This document shows positions 13,359 through 27,449 of a DNA stretch of 64,000 nt, piece after piece. Each line of letters starts with the position of its first letter. Positions within the stretch are counted from its first letter, which is position 1. A program made the translations under genes and the position numbers. The notes below the pieces were generated by a model. That model was not told the DNA's origin, did not search any database, and saw nothing but the letters and a program-made list of their open reading frames with translations. Source of the stretch: Vicugna vicugna (taxonomy: Eukaryota); the NCBI GenBank assembly GCA_013265495.1, contig MU058531.1:3224911-3288910 (forward strand). The letters run 5' to 3'.

Positions 13359-13998
13359 GTAGACATGTCCCCACCCAGTACAGCCCCCTTGGTCATACCC
13401 AAGCAGGGGAGGAGGACCAGAGCACTGAGCTGTATGTGAAATTGAAGCTTCTCATTGGGCTGGGCCAGGCTAGATTTTTTAAATAACTGAGTGTGACTAG
13501 AAAGTGTTGGGATTTGTCCAAGATGTCATTAAGCAACAGAAAATAGGTGCTCAATGGACATACTAGTTCAATGACCCAGAGTTTCATATGCTCTACTTTC
13601 TTAAAATAGGATACCCTTGTATGTTGTGCACAATACTCATGGACTGGGGCAGGAAGGAACACCAGAACTAAGGCAAACTTCTACCAAAAAGGGCACCAGT
13701 AGCCAAAATGCATCATTTTAAACTTCAGTATCCTATAGCATGCAGGATCCTATCCTACAAGACTCTTGGCTTCTTCTTTATATCTGAATACACAGAGTAT
13801 AGTAGTCAATAAATGACTGATGGATCAATGAATGAATGATCTTATAAGAAAATTATTTTCTTAATCTTTTTCATCAAGTAGGCAACTTTTATCCTCAAAC
13901 TTTTCCCCACATTTAAAAAAATGTTTAAAATGTAATTTCTGTACATATATCCAGCAAAATGGAATTACAGCCTTTTAAGCATAATAAAGTAGGAAACT

Positions 13999-14228
13999 GG
14001 GGGTAGAGGGTGGGAAGGGATAGACTGGGATTTCAAACTTGTAGAATAGATAAACAAGATTACACTGTATAGCACAAGGAAATATACATAAAATGTTATG
14101 ATAAATCACAGAGAAAAAAATGTGACAATGAGTGTGTATATGTCCATGAATGAAAAATTGTGCTGAACACTGGAATTTGACACAACATTGTAAAATGATT
14201 ATAAATCAATAAAAAAATGTTAAAAAAA
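13999..14228 (+). mobile_element. Young L1, 5'-truncated 3' end
   Basis: A-rich tail and perfect 16-bp TSD aataaagtaggaaact (13983-13998, 14229-14244). Near-identical to 59410-59640. Confidence 0.9.
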
Positions 14229-17200
14229 AATAAAGTAGGAAACTAATTTGTTTTACATAATTTGAATTAAGCTATAAAGATGGCGTGAGCAATCACCCAT
14301 TTTGTGATAGATGCTGACACCTACTGGCCAAATTTGATATTAAATGCTTGAAATTTTTTGATGCCACCCCTTCTCCACCTCCACAAAAGGAAATGTTCTG
14401 TTTTTGGAGGGGGAAGTTTGGTAGGGGAAGGGGGGAAGTCCTGGCTCCAGGGGGATGGAAGTATAGACAATGGGAAACTCAAGAATGAGAAAAGACCTAA
14501 GGAAAAGAATCATGGGGTAGCTCCTGAAATGTCAGCAGAATGACCCCAGAACTCCTGCCTCACCCATCCTGAACCTTTCCTCTCCTTGAGATTTTCACTT
14601 GGTGTTCCAGGTGCACCATTCCATTTTCAAACCAGACTTTGGAAAAGAACCACCCTCCAAGCCACCAAAGAGACATGCCCCTGCATCCTTTTCTGGGCAT
14701 TCCTGTGGCACCTGATCATCAACACTATTACTGCTGAGAAGTTTCAGGTGCCTACTCTGTGCAACCCTGCTGAGTGCCTTATAAGTAGACAGACCCTGGA
14801 GTCAGGCTAACAGGGTTCCAATACTGCCTCTGCTATTTACAATTTCTGTGACTTTAGTAAAGTGACTTAATCTCTCCTTATCTCTACAACGGAGATGACA
14901 ATAAAGCCTATCTGATAGAGTCCTTGTGAGGTTTTAAAGAGTTTACACAAGCAAAGTGCTCAAAACAATGCCTAGTATGTCCTGAGTGCTATACAAATGT
15001 TTAGTTATTGTCACTTTGCTTTATTTTTACAGTAACAGTCTGAAATAAATACTTATATTTTTAAAATTAGGAAACTGAGGCTTGGTGTATGAGACAGAAA
15101 TGCTTTCAGCCCCTCTCCTACTGGTAACCACAAAGACTATTCCTTCGCTTGCCCCGTAAAGCCTAAGGATTTTCTACTATCAATAGCCCCTTGTTGATTC
15201 TCTTAACCCTGGCATGACAGATTATTATATTCCATCTGTTTTCTGCCAGAACCCTAACAAACACCTTACAGTTACACAGTCCTCTATAATATCCTTTCAT
15301 ATATACTCTCTTAAGGAGTCTTATTTTATTGAGATTTCAATTTATAGCCTTGTCCCCACACATCTTTCTGCTACCCAGGTTCCCATAATAGCAGGCTGCC
15401 TCAGTATATGCACAGCAACTTTGCTGTAGAATGAGGACATCTTGGCTCCATGAGGCATGCAGGAGAGAACTGTAGTTACATGGCTTCCTTCACTAGTCCA
15501 GCCTAACATGGTTTAGTTTATAAGGTCCAATTTTCATGGTTGTATCTCTCCAACATTGTCCTGCTTAATTATCTGAGTCCCAGTCCTTGGTCCAGTCGTC
15601 CTAATAACTCTAGCTTCTCCATCCTTTCCTTTTTTCTTGCATCTAAAGAGTTGGCCCCAGTGTAACTCTTATAAGCCTCTTTCTTCATCTGTCTGGGTTA
15701 AATTCCCCTAGCGTCTCTCAGCCATTCTTAGCATCTTCACTTCTTTCCTCTTTTCTTCTTCCTCTAGTCCACGCTTCTCCTTTCCCTGTTTTCCTGGCTG
15801 GCATCTGGAACACAGCACTACTACAAACCTACTTTCTTATGTCTAGTATCTCATTGCTTGTTAATCATTTGCAGACCCTCATGGCATATGGAAAAGAGAG
15901 CAGACTATTAGCATTATAATAAGGCAGGTCTTAAATAAAATAAATGTTACGGACTCTGAAATCAAATGGATAGGAATCTACTTTGCTCATTCATAAAATT
16001 TTCCACTTTAACCATTTTTAAGTGTATAGTTCTAAGGCAATAAGTACTTTCATGTTGCTACGCAATTATCAGCACCATCCATCTCTAGAATTTTATCTCC
16101 CCAAACTGTGCACTCATTAAATACTAACTCCTCATTCCTCACTCCCTCCAGCCCCTGGCAACCACATTCTGTTTTTCTGTCCTCATGACTCTGACGGAGT
16201 AGACTTATTTTGTGCTGTCGAGAAGAGCAAGGTCAGCATCACTGCAGGTGAGTTGAAAGTGGCCTGTGTTGATGGTGGACCTGTTGTTGGTGGGCAGTGA
16301 GCTACCTGCCTGTGGCAAAGCACAGGATGAGCCTAAATGACCATCTACAAGGATGCCAAAGAAGGGTGAGGTCTGAAAGAGAGGACCCCTAGCCCCAACC
16401 CCCGGTCCCACTTCTGCAAGCTCCCTTCTGACTGTTTAATCCCATGAGAAGGAAACTTGGTCTAAGGAATATGAAATGTGTTCATAGAAAACACTGTCTC
16501 CAAGTTATTACAGCCAGTATGTCCACATATGAGTTACAGTTACTGCCAGATTTGTGCATAATCATATTAATGAAATCTAGCCTTTTGATTAAGGCAAGTG
16601 TTCTCCCCAAAGCAGCAATAATCAACGTAGAAGTGGCGAGGGTTGGCCAGAGTCCCCACATCAAAAGTTACAGGAAGCCAGTAGGCCAGGCTCCAAGAGA
16701 GCTGTCCTGTTGGCCTGTGCGATATAGTCCTTAATGTGATGAGTTGGCAGATTTCAACATTTGATTTCTGGTTTCACTTGAAAAATCTGGCAACACTGGG
16801 CCTGGAATTCCACCTGGTAAAATAAGGCTCCCACTTCTTGTTTCCCTTGCTCAGCCTGGCCCCAGGCTTTTCAAGTTTGCGATCCCTGCTCTTTGGGATT
16901 TTAGGGTCATCTTTAAGTATATATTTAATGTAATGTCAAAGAAATGACTGATTACAGCTTTAAAAAATGACTTGAAAATGAATAGAGGAAATATTTGAAA
17001 ATGAACAGCTTCCAGATTCCACAGATATTACAGAAAGGGAAGTTTGATCTCATCAAATAGATTTGCAAAGCCAGTAAAAATGATTTAAATAAATATCTGA
17101 GGGGAAAAATCGGTGAATACAAATTCACTTGGCACACTCTACCACACAATTCAATCCCTGCTCTGTTTTTAGACAACACTTGGCACTATTCAACATACTG

Positions 17201-17348
17201 TGTGCTTCATTTATTATATTTATTTTTATATAATTATCCATTATGGCTTAATAAACATAGTTATAATTCTTTAATATAATGGTCCTTGATAACTTATTTT
17301 CTACTTCTGTTCTATTAGAATAGAAGCTTGCCAAGGGTAGAATTTTTT

Positions 17349-18104
17349 TTTTCACTGAGATACAGTTGATGTGCAATATTATGCATGTTTCAGATGTACA
17401 CATAGTGATTCACAATTTTTAAAGGTAGTTTTCCCTTCATATTTATTGTAAAACATTGGCTATATTCCCTGTGTTGTACAATATAATCTTGTAGCTTATT
17501 TTTTCTACACACAGTAGTTTGTGCCTCTTAATTCCCTGCCCTTATCCTGCCCCTCCCCTTCCCTCTCCTCACTAGTAACCACTAGTTTGTTCCATATCTG
17601 TGAATCTGTTTCTTTTTTGTTATATTTTCCAGTTTGTTTTATTTTTTAGATTCCATATATAAGTGATACCATACAGTATTTGTCTTTCTCTGCCTGACTG
17701 ATTTCATTTAGTGTAATACTGTTCAAGTCCATCCATATTGTTGCAAATGGCAAAATTTCATTTTTTATGGCTGATTAGTATTCCATTTTCTATGTGTGTG
17801 TTTATTATATACACACATATACATACATATATGTTCACATTTTCTTTACCCATTCATCTGTTGATGGACACTTATCTGTTATAAGTTATAGTTCTTTTTG
17901 AATTAGTGTTTTTCTTTTTTTCAGATATATACCCAGAGGTAGAGTTATTAGATCATATGATAATTCTAATTTTAGATTTTTAAGGGTTCTCCATACTGGT
18001 TTCCATAATGGCTGCACCAATTTACATTCCCACTAACAGTGCACGAGGATTTCTTTTCCTTTATATCCTCACCGACATCTGTTATTTGTGTTCTTTTTGA
18101 TGAT
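17349..18104 (-). mobile_element. L1 3' end (ORF2 C-terminus + 3' UTR), inserted in L2
   Basis: T tract at left, classic L1 motifs (cattcatctgttgatggacactt), degenerate TSD aggg..agaattttt. Confidence 0.85.
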
Positions 18105-19639
18105 AGGGACAGAATTTTTCCATCTGTTTTATTTGCAGTTGTATCTCCAGAGCTGAGAATAGTTCCTGACACATAGCAGAAACCCAATAAATATTTGCTC
18201 AATGAAAATGAATAAACTTATTGTGAGCTAGGTAACAACTGTGGGGTGCAGGGATGCATAAGGCATCACTCTCATATTCAAAGATCTTAGTGCCATCAGA
18301 GAAATAGGACATAAAAACAAGAGGCAACAACAGAAGATTTGTATATAGTCAAACTGACAAATGACTGGAGGAGACAAAATATCCCAAAAGTCCTAAAGGA
18401 GGAGAGATTATTTTGACTTGGCATGGATGCTCAGGAAAGCCTCATAAAGAAGATGGCATTCAACCTCGATCTGGAAGGAGGGGTGAGATTCATGCAGGAA
18501 GGAGGTAGGACATTCAAGGGAGAGGAAACTATACATTAGAAAAAAATTAGCAAAAGAATTTGATGACATCCTGTAAACACTTTCATTCTATCACTCCATA
18601 GTCTGAGCAGAATTTGAATAAGGTATATATTCTTGGAGGTTTTGGAGCAAGTAACTGTCCAAAGCAGTGTTTTTGAGCGTTCAGCTTCATGACTTGGTAA
18701 AGGATGAATTTACAGTATGTGGTACTGGTGAGATTTGCACAGTCTAGGAAAAGAAGTCTTAGGGGTTTCACAGCTTGATAATGAACAGTATCACTAACAG
18801 AAATAGAGAAGTCAGGAGAGGAGGCCCAGCTGCTCAAGATTTTGATCCCAAGTGACAGAAATGCAATTTGAACTTCTCTGGACAAAAATAGAGACATTAT
18901 TGGTCCATAAAACCAAGCTGCAGAAAAAGCAGGGGTGACACCGAGTCTCAAAAACATTTGGCAGCAGGAACTAGAAGTTCATCTCACTCTCCATCTGCAT
19001 CTCTTTGGTTCTTCTCTCTGGGTTCGCTTCACTCATGTGGCTGGAATACATCTGCCAGCATTTCCCAGGCTCACATCCTCCCAACTCTGACACCAAAGAT
19101 GACAGAACTTGCTTCCCAATTCCAATTACAAAAGCCCCAGAGAACACTCTGGTGGATCCGTGGGCTCACATGACTACTTTAATTGGAGAGAAGAGGCAGG
19201 GTACTCTGCCTAGCAGCCCCCACTAAAATTACAAGGTTGGCAGGTAGAGCAGTCCCTCAAAGCAAAGAGAGGATACATTTTCAAAAAGAAATGGGAGTAC
19301 ATGCTAGATAAATAAAGCAACTGATACCTATCACAGGGGACAGGCAGAGAGTTTTATGTTTGTTCGCTCTGAGTTAAAATCAGGTAAATGTCATAAATCT
19401 GAGATCACAGAATCACATAATCTCTGAGTTCCATAAAAATTATCTGATCCCATACCTTATCTAATGTATTCATCGTTTTTGTCATATTTCCAACAGGTGA
19501 TCTTCCAGCAGGCACTCAAACAATTTACTCCCTCCTTAAGCCCTCTAGCCACTGCAGGTTAAGCCTCAATTTACTCCAGCTATTTCTTATGTGGCATGAA
19601 GATTAAGTCCCCTTGGACCTTTGTCTAATGAACTCTTTC

Positions 19640-20108
19640 TTTTTTTTTTTAACATTTTTTATTGATTTATAATCATTTTACAATGTTGTGTCAAATTCCA
19701 GTGTTCAGCACAATTTTTCAGTCATTCATGGACATATACACACTCATTGTCACATTTTTTTTTTTTTGAGTTATCATAACATTTTGTGTATATTTCCCTG
19801 TGCTATACAGTGTAATCTTGTTTATCTATTCTACAATTTTGAAATCCCAGTCTATCCCTTCCCACCCTCTACCCCCCTGGTAACCACAAGTCTGTATTCT
19901 CTGTCTATGAGTCTATTTCTGTCCTGTATTTATGCTTTGTTTTTGTTTGTTTGTTTTTGTTTTTGTTTTTTAGATTCCACATATGAGCGATCTCATATGG
20001 TATTTTTCTTTCTCCTTCTGGCTTACTTCACTTAGAATGACATTCTCCAGGAGCATCCATGTTGCTGCAAATGGCGTTATGTTGTCGGTTTTTATGGCTG
20101 AGTAGTAT
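19640..20108 (-). mobile_element. Young L1 3' end
   Basis: Poly-T at left and perfect 14-bp TSD taatgaactctttc (19626-19639, 20109-20122). Confidence 0.9.
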
Positions 20109-20386
20109 TAATGAACTCTTTCAATAGCCAAAAAATGTTTATCATACACTTGCTTTGTGTCGAGCAGTAAACTAGATCTTGAGGATAAGATGATGAGAAA
20201 AACAGGTTACATTCCTGTCCTAAGGAAGCTTACAATCTAGGAGGAGAGAAAAATATTATATACATAGTCACACAAAAAGATTACAACAATGATAGGTATT
20301 ATAAAGTAAAACTACAGTTACATAGTTTCTCTTAAATTTCAGTGCCCAGAATCATGTAAAAATGCCTCATGTATGGTCTTGTCAAT

Positions 20387-21100
20387 TGTAATGGAGGGTA
20401 AATTAAATATATCCACAAATTCTTTGATACTGTCCTCAAAAGGTGGAACCCTCTCCTTGAGTAGGAGCTGGACTTGTGACTTGCTTCTAATGAATAGAAA
20501 AAAAGCAGAAGTGTCAGAATGCCACTCCAGAGACTAGCTCATACAAGGCACTGACATTTCTTGCTTGCTTTTTCTCTCTTGGATCACTCACTCTAGGGAA
20601 AACTAGCTTCTGTGTCCTGAGGAAACTCCAAAAGCCTTTAAAAAAAAAAAAGTCCATGCTGAGGAACTGAGGCCTCCAGCCAATAGCCATGTGCACAATC
20701 TTAGAAGGACAGATGGATGTCTCAGCTCAAGCAGAGAGAGCAAATTTACCTGTCTTCTGTCTTTTTGTTCTATTCAGACCCTCAATAGATTGGGTGATGC
20801 CCTCACAGACACACCCAGAGATAATGTTTTATCAATTATCTGGGCATCCCTTAGCCAGACATTTTGACACATAAAATTAAACCATCATTCCAGCTGACAG
20901 CAAGAACTGAAGCCCCCAGCTGAAAGCCAGCATAAACTTGCCAACCATGTGAGTGACCCATCTTAGAAGTAGGTTTTCCAGCCCAGTTGACAAGCTTTCC
21001 CCACTGAGCCCTGTCCACACTACAAATAAATAAAATAGTTATTATTTTAAGCTACTGAGTTACGGAGTAGTATATCACACGGCAATGTATAATTGACATT
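20387..21100 (+). mobile_element. MLT1 (MaLR) LTR with nested MLT2 fragment (~20710-20888)
   Basis: MLT1 blocks (gctggacttgtgacttgcttctaatgaatagaa; gaggaactgaggcctccagccaatagccatgtg) and MLT2 end gacacataaaattaaaccatca. Confidence 0.7.
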
Positions 21101-24100
21101 CAGTATATACTGTTCTTCTACTCATTTGAGTTATTTTTAGGATTAAATGAAATAACACATATAGAAGTACCTATTATTTCTAAAGATTCCTGCTGACTCC
21201 CGGTGACCACTGCTTTCCCACTTGCCTTGTTGAAATCTGGTAACACTGCCTCTAGTCTTGTCTTGATCTTACAGTTTTGTAAATCATCAAAAAAGAATAA
21301 AATTAACTAATGTATTCTTGTTAACTCCCAAGGACCATTGCTTTCCCAAGTTGGTGAAAGATTCATTAAATGGACTTTTCTAGAATATTTCATGGCTAAA
21401 GCAAGACACAAAAAACCATTTAAAACTTCATTTTGTCCATTGCTGCATTCATCTCTTGTTTATTCCTGTTTCCCCCTTTCTCCCAACCCACCTCCTCCTC
21501 TACCTGCCATCCACAGAGCAGAGAAAGTTTCTCTGGCCTTGACCTGTGAATAGATTGGTTCTACTTGGTCTAAGAGAGGAACATTTCCCCCTACTACTCC
21601 CCTGGGCTACTTGGGCAGAGAAGAGGGGAAAGACTGAAATTCCAGATAGGTTTTGGAGTTCTAAATGTGGAGGGAACCTAAGCTGTCTCTCTCCAGTAGA
21701 GCCCTCAAGGGGCAAAAGAGCAGAAACTCTAAATAGAATTTGGTTTCTGAGTCCAGTGTGTACTGGAGGCAAGACCCCAGACTAAACTTCGCTGTGGTGG
21801 CCTGGGCTAGTGTTCCCTGGAGTCCACCTAAGTGTGGGGACAGTAGGTGATTCTTCTGAACACAACCCAGGTGTAGTGAAGGGTAGCAACCACCCCATGG
21901 GGTTCATATGGCATGATGTTGAAAACCAGGAGAAGGCACCCCGTGAGCTGAGAGAGCGGGGAGGATGCTGGCACCTCTGTGCATTAACAACTAAAGACCA
22001 GGTGAGAATGAGGACTTCCTAGCAGACGCCAACAAACAGAAACCAGGCATTTAACTTACCCCTCTCTGCCGTCTTCTCCTGTACTTTAACACTATATAGC
22101 AGAACATTGAGTCAGTGCTGGGAAAGTGGGGAATCCCGGACTGACTGAGAATAAAGGCTACCATTCAAGTCAAGAACAAAGGCATATAACAGAAATCAAG
22201 TTCATTTGTGGAAAACTAAGTGCTCATATCTTGGGTACATGAATTTGTGCATTAAATATATTCTCCAGGATTTTGGTAAAATACTTTATAGATGAACTAT
22301 AAACACACAGGTGATGTCACCCAGTGCTACCACGACATAGGCACCCGACATGGCCCACTTGATTTAGACCATGAGGGTCTAACTCATTCACTGCTATTCA
22401 CTGAGCAATGAATTGCATAACCATGAACGTAGACTCCTGGCAACCTTATTTGTGATAGATAATCCTAGGCAACTATAAATCAGATCCAGGGAGACCTCTG
22501 ACTCAATTTGAACCAATCAGAGTCTTCCCTGAAAATTAAGTTTGGCAGCTAAGGAGCTGCTGGTGATTCTCAGAATGGGGCTGGTACTGAGAAACACAAA
22601 ACTACAGGAGCTGAGAGACTTTTCTTCCACTAAATAGAAAAGTGAAGAGAGAGAAGAAGCAGATAGGCAGGGAGATCTTTCAAGGAACTATTTAGCTCCA
22701 AAGAGAAAGAGAGAGGAAGCAGAGGGTGCCTTAGCTCCTGATGGGGGTCCTGCAGGAGACTCAGGTGCATGTGGGCCCTTGGGTTCTGAGACACTCCCAG
22801 TATATCCTTACGTACTACCCTCTCACCTGTCCTTTCTGAAGTTAATTCAGATGAATCCCACTACTTGCAAGAAAGCGTTCAAAGATGAGATAATACATTT
22901 TTGTGCCTTTGTTTTCTAGTGGGTCAGTCAGTAACCACTTCATGCCTAAGCAGCAATGTTACAAGACCTCAAATTAAGAACATTCCCTGCTCAAAAGGCA
23001 TGCCTGTGATTTGGCAGTTTTTCTCTCAGAGTCCCTGCCAAGTCCTGGTAAATCCTAGCCAATTACTGCCTTCTCCTTGCTCCCCAGCATGTTAGGTTGG
23101 CAGCTTTTGCATCCTCACTGTACCTTGCTCAAGGCACAACAGGTGAGTAAGTCATCCAGCACACACTGATAAAGTGGTGAACGATACGGAACGGGTCTCT
23201 ACCTGAGCTTCCATCTATTGGGGGACACAGGTAATTAAACAGGGAATTAAATTATAATTAAAGTGCCATGGGAAAATACAGCATGCGAGAGAGACACATG
23301 GCAGGAGTGCCTAATCCAGTCCTGGAGGGCTGGAAGAGGAAGAGTGGTTTGTCAAGAGAGAACATGATCCCAAAACAATCAAAGCCTTCGCTTACACAGA
23401 GCTACTGTGCACTAGACATCTCTCTAACACTTTACATGTGTGAGCTCATTTAATCCTCACAAGTCTGAGCTCATTTAATCCTCACAAGTCTATGTGGTAA
23501 ATACTATTATTAGCCTCATTTTATAGATGATTCAGGTATACCATAGAGAGATTAATAAGCATGTCTAAGGACACACAATTAGCAGTAGTGGAGCTGAGAT
23601 TCAAACCTGGGCAGTTTGAATAATGACTGTTTATTGATTGAACAGCTACAAACGGGACAAAGTACAATGCTTATCCCTCCACCCCAACGACTCCACCCAC
23701 CACCTCCATGTTGGTCATTCTTATTTTTAAAATGTAAATATCCTTAGGCTTTGAAATGTGCATCTAGCGTGACCCAACTGTACATGCAGAGTCAATGTCA
23801 AGATAAACAAAGAGCATTTCAAGGCAATTCTGCCGTGTTATCACATTCCAGATATTAATGAATAGCAAGAATGTTATAATCAACAGTGACCTCTACACAT
23901 TAGGGAGCAGGAAAACAAGCTGGATCATTTCAAGGCTGCGCCAGCTGCCAGCTGAAATTACCCCATTAGAGGGAAACCCAAAGGAACAGTTGCTGGGTGA
24001 CAGGAGAAGCTTGCTGACATGAAGTGCTCCTTTTCCGGAAAATCCTTCCATGTGGATTGTTATTTCCACATTTTCTAGATTGATTTTGTATCTTCGTCAG

Positions 24101-24701
24101 AAAATGATTATTCGGTTATTTTATTTAACAAAAGGTACTGCAGCAGTTTACTTGTGAAGCCACTGAGACTTGAATCAACTCCAGTAAGAAAGTTAAATTA
24201 TCAGAGTTTGGGTGGTATTTGGCCACACTGCATTGTACTAAAAGGAACAGATCTATTTTTTTTTCAAAGAAACAAAATGTATTTATAATTAACAAAATAA
24301 GGCATTCTCCTTTAGTTTTTAAATCTATTTCTGTTATTCTTTCCTTCTGGTCTTTAGTCTCCCCTTCTCTTCTTGTAGCTTAAATATTTATCACTCTCAG
24401 CAATACTCTGTTTATTTTCCTTCTGGAAACTTTACAATATTTAAGTAAGAGATACTGGCCAGATTTGTGCATATGAACTTGTAGAGAGATGATGGGTTGT
24501 TTTCATTTAATCTCTCATTTCCCTTGATATTAACTATGTGATGTCATTAGGGATAGTCACAAACATCCTGGTGCTCCTGTTTCTGGAACATGGTAGGACT
24601 GCACCTCCCAAATCCCTTGAAGCTAGATTTGATCATGTGACTTGCTTTGGCCAATAAAATGTGAGCAGAGTGATGCAAATGTACTAAGACCATGTAAAGC
24701 A

Positions 24702-24758
24702 GTAATAATAATAATAATAGTAATAATAGTAGTAGTAGTAGTAATATAATAATAATAG
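24702..24758. repeat. Compound (AAT)n/(AGT)n microsatellite
   Basis: Seen directly. Confidence 0.9.
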
Positions 24759-24759
24759 T

Positions 24760-25445
24760 GGAAAATAACAAGGGTTAACAAAAATGTAGAAAAATTGGGG
24801 CCCTCATATATTGCTGGAAGAAATATAAAATGGTGTAACTGCTGTGGAAAGCAGTTTCCCAGTAAATTGAACATAGAATTAGTATATGACTTAGCAATTC
24901 TGCTCCACATATATAACCCAAAGAAATGAAAACAGATGTTTAAACAAAACCTGTACATGAATGTTCATAGCAGCTGTACTTACAATCACCAAAGGTAGAA
25001 AAAACCCAAGTGTCCATCAATTGATGAAGAGATAAACAAAATGTAGTATATACACATGATGGGATATTATTCAGCCATAAATAGGAATGAAGTACTGATA
25101 GATGCCACAACATGGATGAAACTTGAAAACATTATGCTGAGTGAAAGAAACCAGACACAAAAGGCCACATATTATATGATTCCAATTACATTAAATACAC
25201 AGAACAGGCAAATAAACAAAGCAGATTAGCAACTGTCTGGTACTGTAGTGGGAGTTGGGGAGGTTGGGTAGGGAATGGAGAGTGACTGTTTAATGGGTGC
25301 AGGATTTCCACTTGGGGTGATGAAAATTTGTCTAATTAGATAGAAGTGATGTTTCACAACATTGTGAATACACTTACTGCCACTGAATTTTAAACTTTGG
25401 TTAAAATGCTAAATTTTATGTGTACTATACTACAATTAAAAATAA
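24760..25445 (+). mobile_element. L1MB-like 3' end inserted in an MLT1 LTR (~24540-25582)
   Basis: L1 ORF2-end motifs (aaacctgtacatgaatgttcatagcag; gccacaacatggatgaaacttgaaaacattatgctgagtgaaagaa). Confidence 0.8.
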
Positions 25446-27449
25446 ATATATATGTCACATATATATGTGAGTTTATATGTGGAACATCCATCAATCTGAG
25501 TGATTAAAGCATGACTGAAAAATAAATATTCACTATGTTGTCATTTGTTGCAGCAGCATAACCTAGCCCATCCTGACTGATATAAACTATTATATTGCAT
25601 TTGGTTCATTTAATCTTTTCTTAAGCCTCCTAGTACCAAGCTAAGGAAGCCAAGCTAAGGAAGCAAAGATGAAAAGTCTCAGATCAGCAAGGGAGAAAAA
25701 AATGTTAATCAAAAGATGCTTTTCAGCATGATGATCCCATAATAGAGGTGGATTAGGAGTTTTAGAGGAAGCACAAAGGTTGGATTGGCCAGTTTCATCC
25801 TGGAAACTCAGAGAAGGCTACCCAAGAAGGAGAAGCTTGAATTACATTTTAAAAGATGTGTGGAAATTTGTCAGCTAGAGATAGGGAGAGGTTCATTCCA
25901 AGTTGATGGATGAACTTATTCTCTGTGCAATAATACACGCATGAAACAGCTTGGCATGTGGCAGAAAATGGCACTCATTAATAATAGGATGTGAGACAGT
26001 GAGTACTGGAGATAAGACTGGAGAAGCTGCAAGTGTCTGGAGTTTGGAACTCATCCTGTAGCCAGTCCTTTGTAACCATTCCACTTGTGACATATGTGGA
26101 AAATGAAAACACATATGGACACGAAGCGTAAACAATCGAGGCTGCTTATGGCTGGCAACACACCTGGTCTAATCTATGCCACACTTGGCATATCTTAATC
26201 CATTGCAGCACACATCTTTTGGGAAGCTCTACTGTGGGTAATGGAGTCTCACTGAAGATTTTCAATCTAGGAAGTAATATGATAAGATATGTATTCTAAA
26301 TCATGATATGGGAGACGGATTAGTATGAAGAATAAGACTGAAGTCAGGATGATCTTGGAGGAGGCAATGCAATGATCCCAAAAGAGATGGTAAGAGCTTA
26401 AATCAGAATAGTGGCCATGGAAATAAAGAGAGTGGGCAAATTCAAGCTATAGTTACAAGGTAGAATTAACAAGCATTACTGCTTGATTGGATGTGGAGGG
26501 TAAAGGAGGAGAAAGAGCCTCAAATGGCTCCCAGACTGAATGGATAACAGTGGTTCCACTGGGATGGGAAAAAGAGAAAGGGGAGGACTATGAAGATAGC
26601 AGTCTGTTCTTAGAGATCTGTTGAACTGATATACTAGTGGAGATATCTGAGAGGTAGTTAAATATATGTGTCATGAACAGATACAACTGGTAATTAAAGC
26701 CAGGGAATAGATAAGTTGATTGAAAGAAGACATACGTGAGAAATGAAAAAGGTTGAAGTCATTTAAGGAGAACACAGAGGAAGGAAAGCCTATGGGAATG
26801 ACACTGGCATTTCTTTGATGCATAATAGGATCATCTCAATTGACTGAACACTAAGACCCTTTGAAAAGATTGACTCTTTAATCTTTCCAAATCTGTCTAA
26901 ATTAAATCTAAAGGTGCCCCTGGGAATTCCAGAAGATTGATCCACTAACACAGGCTGAGGCCTTTTGTGAAAATTGAATGTTTAAAAAATTGTATCATTT
27001 AAGGTAATTTTAACTAAGTCATAGTTACGGCTCTTAAATTTGTGATCATTCCTTGAGCTGTACACTTATGATTTGTGCATTTTCTGTATGATTGTTATAC
27101 TTCAATAAAATATAACATCACAAAAATAATTATGGTACATGATACTAATAACATTAAAGAGTAACCGCCACAGTTAGAATATGACATTAAGCAAGTAGTT
27201 GAACCTACATAATCAATCAATAAGAAAGGACAGTGTAAGGAAGAAGTCAGTGGATTTCAGGTGTGAGAGACTTGGTTGGTTTATTGGTTGAAGATTCAGA
27301 GGGTTGCTGTAACTACATATCTGCATGGGATCAAAACCCAAAGTGGCCTTGCTGTTTGAAAAGACTATCTCAATTTCTGAGTTTCAGTTCAACTATCACC
27401 AAAGGGACCTTCACTTCATTAGACCAAAACACTGAGGATAGAGGACTTT

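Noticed and set aside
24547..24958. Poly-Leu / poly-Ile-Thr hydrophobic ORFs
   Set aside because: Translations of the (AAT)/(AGT) microsatellite and antisense L1.
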